Shown here piece by piece: positions 38,678-52,493 of a DNA stretch of 64,000 nucleotides. The notes under the pieces are model-generated. The model searched no databases. It saw nothing but the letters and a program-made list of their open reading frames with translations, and had not been told where the DNA came from. The translations under genes and the position numbers were made by a program. The stretch is taken from the NCBI RefSeq assembly GCF_009914755.1, contig NC_060937.1, one strand, 5' to 3'. Each line of letters begins with the position of its first letter. Within the stretch, counting starts at the first letter, position 1. The stretch comes from the human T2T-CHM13v2.0 reference genome, Homo sapiens.

Positions 38678-40555
38678 GTGAGTTAGAGAAAATGAAAGAA
38701 GCAAATTGTTTTAACCATTACCGTATTAATAATGTGCTTTACATTTTAGAAAGTAATTCTAACATATATTTGTGTTTGGCATTTTCTAAATAAAAGATAT
38801 CACCTTAAATTATAGAAATCAAGCTGGTAAACATAATAAATAATTTATGTTTTTTAACTACTTTGCCACCAAAGGCCTTAATCCTGCCTTGAGTTTAAAA
38901 AGACCAATCGTCTTGGAAGGGGAAAGAAGATTTACTAATGTGAATGAAATTGTTCTTTCTGGTATATTTTCTTGAGACTGTACTGAACATCTTTGAAATA
39001 AATGAAGGAGTTAAGAATCTATCCTTACAAAAATCTCGTTAAACAAACCAAACTACATTATATGTATTTTACTAAACCCTAGTGAAGTAATCAGCTTTTC
39101 CGGAGTTTTAAAAATAATCTAGATGGAGATTACATGTTTGATTTCTTCTGAATGATTAAAAGGCCTAGAGCCTAAATGTTCTATTTGCTCCAAGAGGAAA
39201 GCTGGGAGACGAAAGAGGAACTATGTAAAATCCCAACTGTTCCTTTTTACTAGAAAACAGTCAAAGACTTGATAAGCAAAAAGGCAGTTGTTTGTCAGGG
39301 GTATCACCCAGAGAATTAGTTTAAAATATAGTACATTCGCTCAGCTTATGAAAGAGGGAAATTTTGCTGTTCTACTAGATGGGGTTAATGATTCATCTTT
39401 GGAAGAAAAATGACAAATTAATGCCAACAAAGCCAAATTAATGGTATGACCAGTTAGAACTCACATAGTTTGAAATTTCAATTCATGAACTATCCTGAAC
39501 ATGTAAAAGGTAATCAATATATTTTCCAAAACTTGAGAAAAAGGATACAAGTCTAATTAAACAAATTAATCACCTACTAACTCAACATTTCACTAATTAT
39601 AATCATCTCTCAGATATGCAGTTTTCCTAAGTAGTACAAACCAATCATTAGAAAAAATATTTTGGGACATAAATGCCTCTAACAAAATAAAGCTCATCTT
39701 AAATCATCACTAAAATAGGTTTTCTAATACACATAATTTTCTAGTTAACCCAAGCATTATTTGTGTTTTAATTTTTATTGCATTAAAAAATCACTGTAAA
39801 GTGTATTGGGCCAATTTCATTCCCAAATAAGCATAGTATAATGATACATATTTTTAAGCATCTTGTAGGCCTTGGGGTCATGATAATAAACATAATTTTC
39901 CAAACTACATCCCTACAAATTTAAAACATAGATATCTTTTAGCATATATTTTAGGCCAAAGAAAGGCTCACTTCTATTATCACCAATACCAATTTGCAAC
40001 CAGATTTAATATTTTAAGTTTCACTGTTCAATTCTGAATTGAATTTAGGGAATCCTTCCTTTCATAGATATCTTATGAAGTTCAGAGTTATTATACATAA
40101 AATTATAGCTGAAATTGTCCTATTGAAGCTATTTTCATTTGTTTCCGTATTTAAGTATTTTCTTAAGTAGTATAGACGGGTTTGATTGGCAGTATAACTG
40201 AGATGTCCACATTAGTACAAATACCTGCTCCCTGGCCCTTTCACTTGTTCATACTGTTGGTGGTGTTGTCTCAGAGAAATGGCTTTTATTTTTTATTTGC
40301 TTATGTCTACTGTAAAATTTTCTAGCATCCATAATATTATATTTTCTAATCTCTATTGGGGTCAAATGATGTTTATACATGTTGAGAACTTTGATATAGT
40401 CAGTATTGCTTCAAGTAAAATAATACCTTCATTCAGTCACTTGCAAAGTAGCATAAAGCACAGTGATTTGCCATGTAATGGTAAAACAGCCTAGTACTCA
40501 CACAAAATACAGTAAACATTTTAAAAAATGAATAGATACTTTTAGCATAGCTTCC

Positions 40556-40933
<378 letters not shown>

Positions 40934-42059
40934 TAAATTTTTCATTATATGCCTGTAGCACTTAGAAAATAAAAGAACAATAGTTACATGTTTACTGCCC
41001 AATTATCCAATACTGTATATATTTTTTGAAGTATTATCTATTACCTAATGGTTCACACTAGTTATGTTTTTGGATTTAGCAAATAATTAATTTCAAGGAC
41101 ATTTAGGGAGTACTCTTCGCTTTATTTTTCTTTACACCAGTGGGAATTACGATGATTCTGATGTGATTGCTTCAATGCCCCTTCACCCTCAGCTAAAGCA
41201 GAGGGCTGTGGAATGAGCACTTTATGTGGAGTCAAGGCAGCTGGCCTGTATTCCAGTCTCACTCTCTGCCTTCGAGTGTAAACATAAACTAAAGTCACTC
41301 TATACCCTGAGACCTCCCCAGCAAAAGTGAAATGTCAAGCTGCACGAACTCCCAGGTCTTTACTTTCATTTTCAGAGGAATAACATATTAAATATATTTG
41401 CACACAATTGAACAAAAATTTAATTTTGTAAATAGTAAGTCACCATCTTGCTATTAATAATTCCCTCTCTTTCGCTAAGAAAAGCATTTTTTTATTAAGT
41501 AAAATAAGCTTTTAATTCATAACTTTGGATGTGTAGGAATTGCACGTTTTTATACTTTTATCATTTACTTTTTCCTTCAAATTACCATTTCTCCAGCTTT
41601 GCAGGAAACTTCACTTCCATGACTCCTGAAGTCATTCTCTTTCTCATTTTGAGGCCTTATGTTATGCCCATTCATTGGAAGGAGGTATTGGCCATATAGG
41701 TCCAACAAAATTATTACCACTGAGACATGTTTTGTTAATTTCATGAAAAAGTATACATAAAATAGAGAAAGAAGAAAACAAACTAATACAAGTAATAAAA
41801 CACTAGTATTGCATTGATGTCAAAATTAAAGAGTAAGTGAAAAATAAAAATAATATTATTCACTAATTTTACTAATTAGTGAATTAGTAAAAATACTAAT
41901 TCAGTGAACCTAACCATACATTTTTAAATGACAAATGTAAAAATTGCTTGTCTTTAATATCATAAATATATTATTAGTCAATTATTATCAAATTAATAAT
42001 TAAAGAAAAATTACTTCAAATATTAAAACTATTTGAAAAATGTAAAACACCTGTGTATG

Positions 42060-44000
42060 AGTGTGTGTGTATTAGTAATCAAAACAACATTTCTCTAGCC
42101 AGAAAATGGTAACTACCAAACTGTAAATAGCATTTTTCATAGTGAAGCTTTAGATTTATTTTCTTTAATATCAGAATGAATGTCTACTAGCACCATTTCT
42201 TAGTGAACATTGTATTTGAAATCCTAATAAATACAATTTGAAATAAAGCAAGAAAAATATGACATATAAGGATTAGAAAGAAGGTAACAAATTTCATGAT
42301 GTATTACCCATATTATTTCCAGAGAAACTATCCAAAAGTTGTTTACTCAATCTACTGAAATTAGTAAAATTTCAAATGAAATTTTGAAAAAGCTCAATAT
42401 ATAAAACTAGCAACATCCCTTATTCTTTCAAAAAAATTTGAATATGTCATTAAAAAGTATTTAAATTCCAATAACCAAAAAAACAAAAACATTTGGAAGG
42501 TATTTTGGGATAAATTTCATGACACATATGAACGATTACAAAAGCAAAAACTCTATAAATAATCTTTGAAAACATGAAAATGTTTTTAATAACTGCACAG
42601 ATATTTTATGTTCTTAAATAGAAAGATTTATTTTTGAATTAATTTTTTCCCAATTTAATGTCAGAAAAATATCAAGAATATTTAATAACTTAAGCTGATT
42701 GCCAAATTTATATGGATGAGTAATGCAGCGATAAAAGCCAAGATAATTTTGAGGAAGTAGAGCCAAGAAGGACATAGTGGAGAAGATAGTGGAGAAGGAG
42801 TGAAAAAAAGAAAGTGGAGAAAAGGGTGAAGGAGGGAAGAGAATAATAAGAAACAAGAAATGAAAAGAGAAAAGATGAAGAGAAAAAGTAATATATAGGA
42901 GGAGAAAAAAGGAAGAGTGTAAAAAGTGGTAATAGTAACATTGAACATCTGCTACTAACTGTCCATACAAATTATAATACTACCACAAATTAAGGAACAT
43001 ATTGATACAGGGAGAAACAATTAAAATAATATAAATTATTGGAATATCCTTATATACAGTTGTTTATTTATATATATATATATATAGATAGTTGTTCATA
43101 TATGTATAGTTGTTATATGCCAAAGTGGTATTACAACTAAGTAATGAAAGGGTGTATTGTTTAATAAGTTGGAATGGGACAATTGATAATTCATTTATTT
43201 TTTAAAAATCTATCAAATAATACTCAGAAAAAAACACAGATAACTATAACTTCCTGATAGGAGACATAAAGCACACAGAAGAAATTTAAAAAGAAAAAAC
43301 TTATTAGAATATGTAGAAAAATCAATTTCACAAACAGCATATGTAAAATTTTATAACAAGACATTTTAGCAATATCTAGTATTAAAATGCAAATATCTAG
43401 TATTAAATCTCAAAATAAATTAAGCAATTGCATTATGCCTTATATGTCCTAGAGAAAGTTAACAAAGGCACAAGGATAGTTGAGAAAGAGAGTTGACTGT
43501 AGCAATTTTTTAGCAAAAGAAAAAAAGGTGAACGATTTAAAATGCCACTCAAAAGGAGAATGAATGAGTAAATTGTACAATCATTGAAATATTAAGCAAG
43601 AAATGTTAAGATACTAGTTGTACAAAAATTAATATGACAAATCTGTATTTTTATGTGAGAAAAACAAGGGAGAAGGGATATAGTAAGATATTATTTCTAT
43701 AAATTAAAGATATACAATTGATGTTTTATAGCGATACGTGATTTTATGGTAATATTTTACTAATATAAAGAGAAGAATGAACATCTAATGTGAGATATTT
43801 GTTTTCTCTTAAGAATGGATGATGGAGAATAAGATCAAAAGGATGACTTCAGGTGTGTCTCTAAAATTTATTTCTCAAAAACCTAAATTCTGAAACAAAT
43901 ATGACAAATTATTAATGTATAGGGAGAGTACCTAGGTGCTTCCGTACTTCTATATATATTTGATATATTACCTAATGAGAATATTTAAAATGATTTATGT
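42060..44000 (+). mobile_element. Old L1ME/L1MC-type fragments with an internal purine-rich tract (42770-42925)
   Basis: Decayed ORF2 motifs (GAACATTGTATTTGAAATCCTA, ATTCCAATAACC) and 3'UTR-like TCTGAAACAAATATGACAAAT. Confidence 0.55.
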
Positions 44001-46253
44001 TTCCATGTGTATCAAGAAGAATATTAAACAAGCTTTTCAAAGAGTTTTCAAGAATTATTAGACCATGAAAGTTATATTTGGTTCTTCAAATGTTCATTGA
44101 CCCAAATTAAATTACAAATGCCATTGCTTCAGCTTTCCATTCAACCATACTCTTTTAGTGTTCTAGTAATCAGCAGGTTAAAAGAAGACAACCTTCTTCC
44201 TGCAACAAGTATTCTCAGAGTTCCAACAAAATGTAACTTGTTATAAAACCCAAACTGACAGGAAATGTGAACAGAGTGCACCAAATTTATTTTAGGCACT
44301 GAGCATATGGGTCAATGCTTATTTGCATGACTGTCAACAAAACACTTCTTTGTTGCTACTTATAACTTTCATGTATTCATTGTCTTTTAATCAAATTGAA
44401 TCTACCCTTAGTCATTCACCTTTCTTCTTTATCATTATCAATTAATATTTTTGAGCTCTTTGAACTGTTTCACTTTGTATTGAATTTTTTGATAATGAGT
44501 AACGAATTAAGTCCTGAGTATTCCCTTTAAAACTTGATATTCACATTCTCATTTGTCTTCAAGAGCCGTCCAAATCTTGTCAGTCTGCCTGTTTTTTTCA
44601 CAATTAAATCAAAACTTGTCCATGCATAAGTTGTTCTACAGCTGATCTGAGGACGTGAGCTGTCATCGTAGATCAGTATAATACCTGTCTTTAAGTTTAC
44701 CTTGGTTTAAGGATATTTTTTGCCACTGTAAGTAAGCAAACAATGAGAAGAGGGAGGAGTTTGGAGGCTGATCATTGGATAATGCTTGGGGAATTTCATG
44801 GAAAATGAGGTCTATGGATAATTTTGTAAACACTGTTTTCTGCATGTAATCTTAAATGTCTGTGGAAAATTTTCTTCAGTAAATTTTCTTCAGTATATGC
44901 TTTCTTGCATCCCAAAGAAGACTGTTGCCTACCTGTCAAACATATATCAGCCATGATATAATGGCAGAAATCATATATTTCCTTCCTCCTGTAGGAGGAA
45001 GGAATTTTCTAGAGCTCTCATTCTTGAGCGCAAATTCTCAATGCTAGTTTTTGGCTCCATTTTTGCACATATATATTTAGCAGAATGCCAAAGTATACAA
45101 AAGGATATAGATCCCATTTTTAGAGACAATAACCTAAAATGTGGTTATATATGCTTTTGGAAAAGTGCCTAGTACATAGTAAGCACTTAATGCAGGTAAG
45201 TTGTGGCTGTTGTTGCTATTCAGTGATTAGTCAATCTTGAGCACATCCTAAGACCCCGACTTGTCTATTGTAAGTCATTTCTAATTATAGTTTTAAGGAA
45301 ATTGATATATAAATGGTTTATTATATGCTGTATTTTTAAAAAATTCAAAACCACATTTACTCCCTATAATGAATGATTCAAGAATAAAAGTAATGATATT
45401 CACAAGTGAGTCTTAATGCTTTCTCTGCTAAACCAAACCCAAGAATATTCCATCATAGATCTCTATGAAGAGGAACACTATGATCGTGGCAAAAAGAATA
45501 TTCCTTTAGCCTGACCTGAGCAGTCCTTATACAGAAATGCAAAGAAATCTAGAACTCCCTTAAATATGGCCTAAAAGTGAGGACCAGTCAAGGCTCGCCC
45601 CAAGAAATAAGAGCTAGACATTTTATTTGAGTTATCTCCAATAATGTTCTGTAAACTATGAATACGAGTAATTTGTAAGCTCTCCTGAGCCTTGTATATA
45701 CTTCCATTTAAAATGTTACCTATTTTACTATTGAAATAAAAGTTAAAAGCTTTAAGACAAAAAAAAGTGTACAGATATGTTTTTAAGATAGCAAGGACAA
45801 AGTTGTTGAGAAAGCTGTGTGACTAGTCTTCCAGGAAAACAACATCAAGGAGATGAGAGTGGTTCCTAGAGAGAGAAAAGCAGGCTGATTATCTGGGGTG
45901 GTGGTAAAGAAAGGAAAAAAATAGTTGTTCTAATTTGTACCTAATCTGGAGTAGCCCCAATATGTTGCATTTATATTGTACCTAAAATTAGTTGATATGC
46001 TCCCAATGGGTACATGGTGTGTACTGTTTGGATTCCATGAATACCCCATATTTCTTCGGTATTTTTACATATTTATGTATATATTTCTTATGTAAAAAAT
46101 AAAACTAATGCTATAGTGCACATGCTATTTTAATACTTTACTTTTATTTAACTTCATTTTGTCTATCATTGAAACAGCACTTAGTGCCTGCATTAATAAT
46201 ATGTAGATAAAGCTTAATTTATTAAAGCTATTTATTATTAATTAAATAAGCAT

Positions 46254-46428
46254 TTAAGGTTGGCAGAACACAGGGTGTCAGTTTAATTTGAATTTCAGAT
46301 GATCAAGGAATAATATTTTTAATATAAATATGTGCCAAATATCACGTTGAACATACTCATGACAAAATTGTGACAATATATTGTGTGGAACTCTGAAAAT
46401 TTGTCTTAAATCTTTGGAAAACATCTAT
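46254..46428. mobile_element. MER53 hAT-type MITE (decayed)
   Basis: CAGTTTAATTTGAATTTCAGAT...TAAATATGTGCCAAATAT...ACATACT matches the palindromic MER53 consensus. Confidence 0.7.
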
Positions 46429-49400
46429 AAAAATTATTTCCATTTTTTTTCACAATTTCTTTCATTACTGCCGAAATGTAATTAAAAGGATGGCAAGATT
46501 TCTGTCTGCTTTCTTCACTGCTGTATCCCACTGCCTGTCACAGAGGAGACACTCATGAATATTTGTTGTCTGAATGACATGAATTGGGTTGAACTGTTTT
46601 TAGGTGCTTCACATTCATTTGTATTGTTTTCTTTAAACTGTCTCAAACACCTTAAACACATTCTTCCACCAAAAAAATTAAATTAAAATATTTAATATCT
46701 ATTCACAACCAGGGAATCAAAAAATTGTCAAGGCAAGTCTCAAATAGTAGAGAGCTTTACCGTGTGTTTTTAGGGAAGTAATCATTAATAATTACTAAAG
46801 AAGGCCACAATAACCATCTCAAAGAGTTATAAGAAATGTGATGTACAAATTTAGAAGAAAGAACATCTAATTCTGGTTGGAGAATGGCAGAAGTTTCACA
46901 AGTCTGGATTTGTAAGTGGATCTTGAAACAATGACAAATTCACAAGTTAAAGAATTTTCCAACAGGTTAAAGAAAGGCATAAACTCCTGACAGGGCAAGG
47001 TCTATTCAGGGAATAGAGTGAGACCCAACTTAACTGAGATGTAAGGTAAAAGGACACAGTTATTGAAAGATGACGCTGGAAGAAAGGATGAGACTAGACT
47101 AAGGAAATGTATTACTAGTGTGAAGATAATCACATGTCAAAAAATAACATCGGCAGAAGGAATGAAATTCTCTCTATATTCATAAGCCATTAATACCTTG
47201 ATAGGCAAAGTGGAAACCATGAGCAAAATTTGCTTTTACTAAGGAGGAACATCTTCCACTGGGGTGCTCCATTTTTTAATCATGTCCCCAAATTCCATAG
47301 CAATGATATCCTTACCATGATCCTTCAATGCCTGTATTTTAGTAGGAGCCACTTGGAAAATGTTTCCCTCAGCAACATAAGCTTAGGAAAAGTATAAGGA
47401 TTGATGTATTTAATTTGCATTCCACTTGTAACACAATATGGCCCTCTGCTTTTAAAGAAGCACTGACAGTGTGAAACATAATATTACTTTGTGTTATAGA
47501 GGCTAGTGATGGAGTAGGGCACTTTTAACTCAGAATTCCAGAGCTTTTGTTAAAACATGGTTCATACTTCACCTCATTTTGATATACAGGATGGAAATAA
47601 AATTATATGTCAGTATTAGAGTTTTGCATTAAATTGTATATATTTTTTGCCCCCATCATATCTTTCTGCAAGGGGGATAGATTTGTAGAGGACAGCATTT
47701 TTCTCATTTGTGGCATATCTGCACAAACACAATATATAATTTTCAGCAAGAATATTATTTCATGTGAGGAAAAAAAATAATGCCCTGGGTTATTATTTCA
47801 ACTGGCAAGTCTGGATGCTGTACTTTGATATTATTTATTTGAAGTTTATGTAGCATATATTACTTGAAATTTGAAAGCGGCTTTATTAATTCTAACAGTC
47901 AAAGCATTCTAAGCTAAGAAAAGCTGTCCTTACACTTAGTTGAATGCTCAAGCACAAAATTATTAAAAAACATCATGTGCACAAAATGCAGCGGTAAGCT
48001 GATTTGTGTGCACAAGAGGGCTGTTTGTCCTCAAAAGTACATTCTTAAATAAGATGAGAGTTGGAAAGAAAAGGCAAACAGCACCTTGAAGTAAAAGAAC
48101 AGGAGCAGATGTCCTTTAGCTGTGTGTTTTATTGATTTATAAACACTCAGTCAGGGTCCCTCATCTCTGCAGAGTAATTTAGATATGGGAAAATATCTGT
48201 GAAATATATTGATTGTGTTATTGATTGAAAAGCCAATTGCTGTTGCACTCCTGTTTTACCATTTAAGTCCTGACACATTTTGATATATGAGCCAGCTGTG
48301 ACTACTGCCTCGATTCTGCAATAAGATAATGTGAAAGCTGTCATAACCACTTCTCTGTCAGCCTTGAGTATTTACAGCCTGGTGGTGCTGCTATTTAGCT
48401 TGCTCTTTAACTACCTGAATAATGAGGATTTGTTAAAGCTCTTACTCTAGCATTGTGTGTGTTTGCATCGGGTGTGTCTTTATGTACACAAAAACCCTTG
48501 CTAGTTTTTGTTTCATCTTGTAAACTGCTACTTGATGACATTTAAAAAAATACAGAAGGATCCACCTTCTTAGTATCTTATTTAATCTATGTACACAAGA
48601 ATGAATGAATCTGAGGATATAATTTTCTCTTTTTCCATGGGAAATTTTGATTTTGAAACATTTCTCAGGGTAATTTGTACTTGTTTAGGAGATTATTTTC
48701 TACCCAGTAGCAATACAGAAAGAATGGGAAAAATCCACTTATTTTAATTTACCAATTTGTTATTTGGGATATTTGGTAAGGGAAAGAAAAGATAATTTAC
48801 ATGAAAATTCTCAATATCCTTGACTTAAAAAAAAAAACTAGTTTCTGAACCTTATCTATAAAAGCTCATAAAAATTCATATAAACACATCTCCAAAAGGT
48901 ATGCTTTAAAAGATCTACATTTATAACAGAACTCATTAGATGATTGAAACGACAAATACTGTTTCCTGCTTCTAGTCACATAATCATATTGTGCAAGAAA
49001 AACTCCTCTAAATCACCCTTTAGATGTATATAGTCAATATGGATCTTTTCCAAATCAGGCTGTTTAAATGTATACTATACATTATTAAAGATGATGTCCA
49101 TAATATCCCTATTATATTCCAATGCATCTTCTCATTGTCACACAATCTCTGATTAATCACAAGCAGCATGTTGATATGTTCTTTCCCAGTTTATTTAAAA
49201 GCATCCCTCAATTTATGTAAACCAATGAAACACGTCCATTGTAAGGGAGCAGTGCTGATGGAAATAGCCTGGGAAAAATGCTCCATATGATAAGGATGGA
49301 CAGCAGATCACTCCTCTGGGAAATGAAAATGTTCATTTAACAGTATGAATGGCACAGCATTCTGGCAAATGACTGACATATCAGCAGTGTTAAGCCTTAG

Positions 49401-49974
49401 ACTTGAGATTGATTTGGATCCAACCTCAAGAAATTCAACATTTCTTTTCAATGTAGAGCCTTGCTGTAAAGTGAAATCCTTCAGAAGTATATTTTTCAGT
49501 CTCAATATCACACTCTAAAGTAAATTCCATCTTCATATAAAATTACGGGCAAGCTTTTATGTAAGTTAAAAGATGAATAAATAATTCTGAAAAGGTAAAA
49601 TCTTTAGTCCAAAGGTGCAAGAGACTGCTCTACAATCTGGCACCAGTTAAAAGAAGGTGAGAGACAGACAAACTGGCTGTCATGGCAGGGTTGCACATTA
49701 CCTGCAGTGTGGAAAACCAAACTCTGATGCTGGAGTAGCCATTCCTGCTGAGACCTTATTTCTGTAACTACACGCTTTCTTTCCGTCTTGTAGGTAGGAT
49801 TAGCATGAGACCCATTCAGGAGATTCTGTGTCGTATAAGTTGTTCCTGAACCTTAGTGTGCAATGTAATTACCCGGAAATAGGTTGAATATGCACATTCC
49901 TGGCCTAACCCCAAGTGATTTTGGTTTAATAGGTCTAGAATAGGTACCAGAATAGGGTCTTATTAAAAATAAAC

Positions 49975-50250
49975 TTTTAAATTTGAACTTACTTTACACT
50001 TGTAGGAAATTCATAAAATTGTACTGAGTCCTTTTATTTCCCTCACTTTACTTCCCATAGTACTAACATTTTGCATAAACGTGGTACAATTTATGATATT
50101 AGAAAATTGTCAGTGGTACAATATTACTGATCTACAGAGTTTATATGAATTTCACCAATTTTTCCATTTATGCCTTTTTCTGTGCCAGGCTTCCACATTG
50201 CATTTAGACATTTATCCTTTTCTCCAATCTGCAACAGTTTCTCGGTAATC
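49975..50250 (-). mobile_element. L1MC-type 3' end fragment
   Basis: CTAACATTTTGCATAAACGTGGTACAAT...CACATTGCATTTAG. Confidence 0.6.
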
Positions 50251-50805
50251 TTCTCTTAATTAAACATTTTAGGTCTATATGATATCAGCTGATTTGCAAT
50301 AAAGTTGGAGAAGATCCAATTAGAGGATCTTTGTCTATCATATGCAGAATTCCAGGGGAAATTCCCTGGAATTCCCCTGAATTATTATAGATACTATTAT
50401 TTCTATGGATTGGTTACAGTTGTCTTGGATACATATAACTTCTCCCTTTTCCTTTTGCTTATCTTTTGGTATAAATCTTACAATATGCTTTTATTTGAAC
50501 AGGATTTGTACTCCACAAGTACAGCTTTACTGAGTGGGCTGTCATTATGCCGGACTGTAATCCATTGACGTTACATTTCTGAATTGCAGATACATGTGAT
50601 GCACTACTCTGCCATTTCATGAGTTGGCTTATTCAGGTGGTTCATATAAAGCTGATTTTATAGAAACATTTTTGTGCACTTTGCCTGTGTCTCACTGCTC
50701 TAGACCTGTATTCATGTCTCAAATGTATCACTCAGTTTTTGAATAAGCTTGGATAAATATCTATCCTTTCTGCTTCTTATTTCCTAACTATAAAATGGAG
50801 AGCCT

Positions 50806-50877
50806 GCAGTGGGATCACACCTGTGAACAGCCGTTGCACTCCAGCCTGGGCAACACAGCAAGACCCCATCTTGAAAA
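50806..50877 (+). pseudogene. 5'-truncated 7SL (SRP RNA) retrocopy inserted in a MIR
   Basis: GCAGTGGGATCACACCTGTGAACAGCCGTTGCACTCCAGCCTGGGCAAC matches the 7SL 3' end (GTAGTGGGATCGCGCCTGTGAATAGCC) better than FAM/Alu. A-tail present. TSD AAAATGGAGAGCCT / AAAATAGGGAGCCT. Confidence 0.75.
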
Positions 50878-51709
50878 AAAATAGGGAGCCTAACATTGCC
50901 ATGGAATTGTAGCTCTCAAGGAGACCTTAGATAGCGTTGAGTACAAAGCACCAATTTAACATGTAAAAAAATTGAGACACAGTAAGGGTATGAACATACT
51001 AAGGTCAGCCATCCATTACTGAGAAGAAAAAAAGTTAAACCTCAGGTCTCCCTACAGATTTGAACTTTTTCCATAATCCCTATGTTCTAATGTACTGTAC
51101 CATTATTACTCTTCCAACATTCTCTCAGAGGAAAGGGATCCCTCCTTCCAAGGTTTGTCTCTGCCTCTACAAGAGATTCTCATTCCTCCAACTTTGATCT
51201 CTTTATGCCTTCTTCTCTGTCTCCAAGTTTGTCAAGTTTTGTTGTTTTCCTTTAGCAAATGACAACAATAGTAATAAAATAACAATAAAAAAGAAATATT
51301 TCCTACTATGAATTATTCATACCATTGCATTTTCCATTTGTCCCCAAATCTCTTGAATATCTCTGCTTCCTTAAAATTTACTTACTCTTTATCCCATCTT
51401 ATTCTGTCTTCTTCCTTATTTACTGGAACATCACTTATTCATACCACTGGTGGCCTACACATTTAAACATTCAAAGGCTTTTTTTTTCTTTTGCTCTTCA
51501 TCTTTCTTCACCTCTCCAAAGGAATTAAACTGTTAACCACATACTACTTCTTGAAACTATGATCTCTCGGCTTTTCTAGTACTCCTCTCTCCCTGGTTAT
51601 CTGTTCTTTCCAGCTGTCTTTCACACTGGTTTATTGTTCTTCACCATTTTTTAAATATCATCATCCATCTGGCTACATTATTTTATAGTCATTGGTAATA
51701 CACTGACTA

Positions 51710-52483
51710 GGTGTTGGTCTTAGTTTGTGTGCCAGAAATTCAGCTCCTTCACCCTTTTTTGTCTGCTCAGTGAAAATGGATTTGAGCCTTTTAAATATTT
51801 TTTCTTTGCCAATTGGTGTGATATTAAGCCGTGTCAGTAGAGGGCACTGGAGTGACATTTCAGAAGAAAAGGGTTTTTCTTACTGGCTCAGTGCTTATTG
51901 AGAAGGCTCCTGCAACCAAGTTGGCTTCTCCAGTGTCCAGCTTCTGTGGTGTCCTCAACTTTCCCAGGGCCCAGGGCCTAGGTGTGGGGTTTGTTTTTTG
52001 GCAACAGGCTCCTGCAGTCCATGCAGATTCTTCAGCACCCAGCACCCACAGCACTGACTTCTTTGGTATCCAGTTCCTGTGGTGAACAGCGGCCAGCAAC
52101 ATCCATCAGTCAGCAATGTCCCCTAGCAACTCTCTAGGGTGATTTTGCAGCAGGATACCTCTAATAAGACACCTCCCTGTGAACAGCTTTTCCCAGAACT
52201 CTAGATGGCCGACTTCTCTGCCATTCAGTGAGCCGGGGTTGTACCCTCCCTAACAAGATCTTGATCTCAGCCTGGGGAACTTCTGCTTGAGTGTTGTAAC
52301 TTAGCCCTATGGGTAGTGACTCCTTATACCTATTCCTAGAAATTTTACATTTCATTGGACTTCTTCCTCATCAACTCTTTATTATTCTATGCTCCTATTA
52401 TAATTGATAATTCTTTACATTAAATGTTTTCTCTTCAAAGTACTGAGTGGTTTCTCTCTCCCATTTGCACTCAGTATGTTACA
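51710..52483 (+). mobile_element. LTR41-type ERVL LTR
   Basis: CAGTAGAGGGCACTGGAG motif and 3' end ATAATTCTTTACATTAAAT...GTGGTTTCTCTCTCC...TGTTACA. Confidence 0.65.
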
Positions 52484-52493
52484 GCTTTCCCAT

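Noticed and set aside
42614-42970. Hydrophobic 'membrane protein-like' ORFs (also 20586-20972 and 31898-32125)
   Set aside because: Artefacts of polypurine/polypyrimidine low-complexity tracts.
44663-44935. Minus-strand ORF and a possible 25-nt micro-exon (TTACAG...CCAAG|GTAAAC)
   Set aside because: Weak donor, not frame-preserving, and no partner exons on that strand.
45190-45202. Consensus donor CAG|GTAAGT (also GAG|GTAAGT at ~56510 and CAG|GTAAGG at ~25450)
   Set aside because: Located within MIR/MaLR relics, with no convincing paired acceptor upstream.
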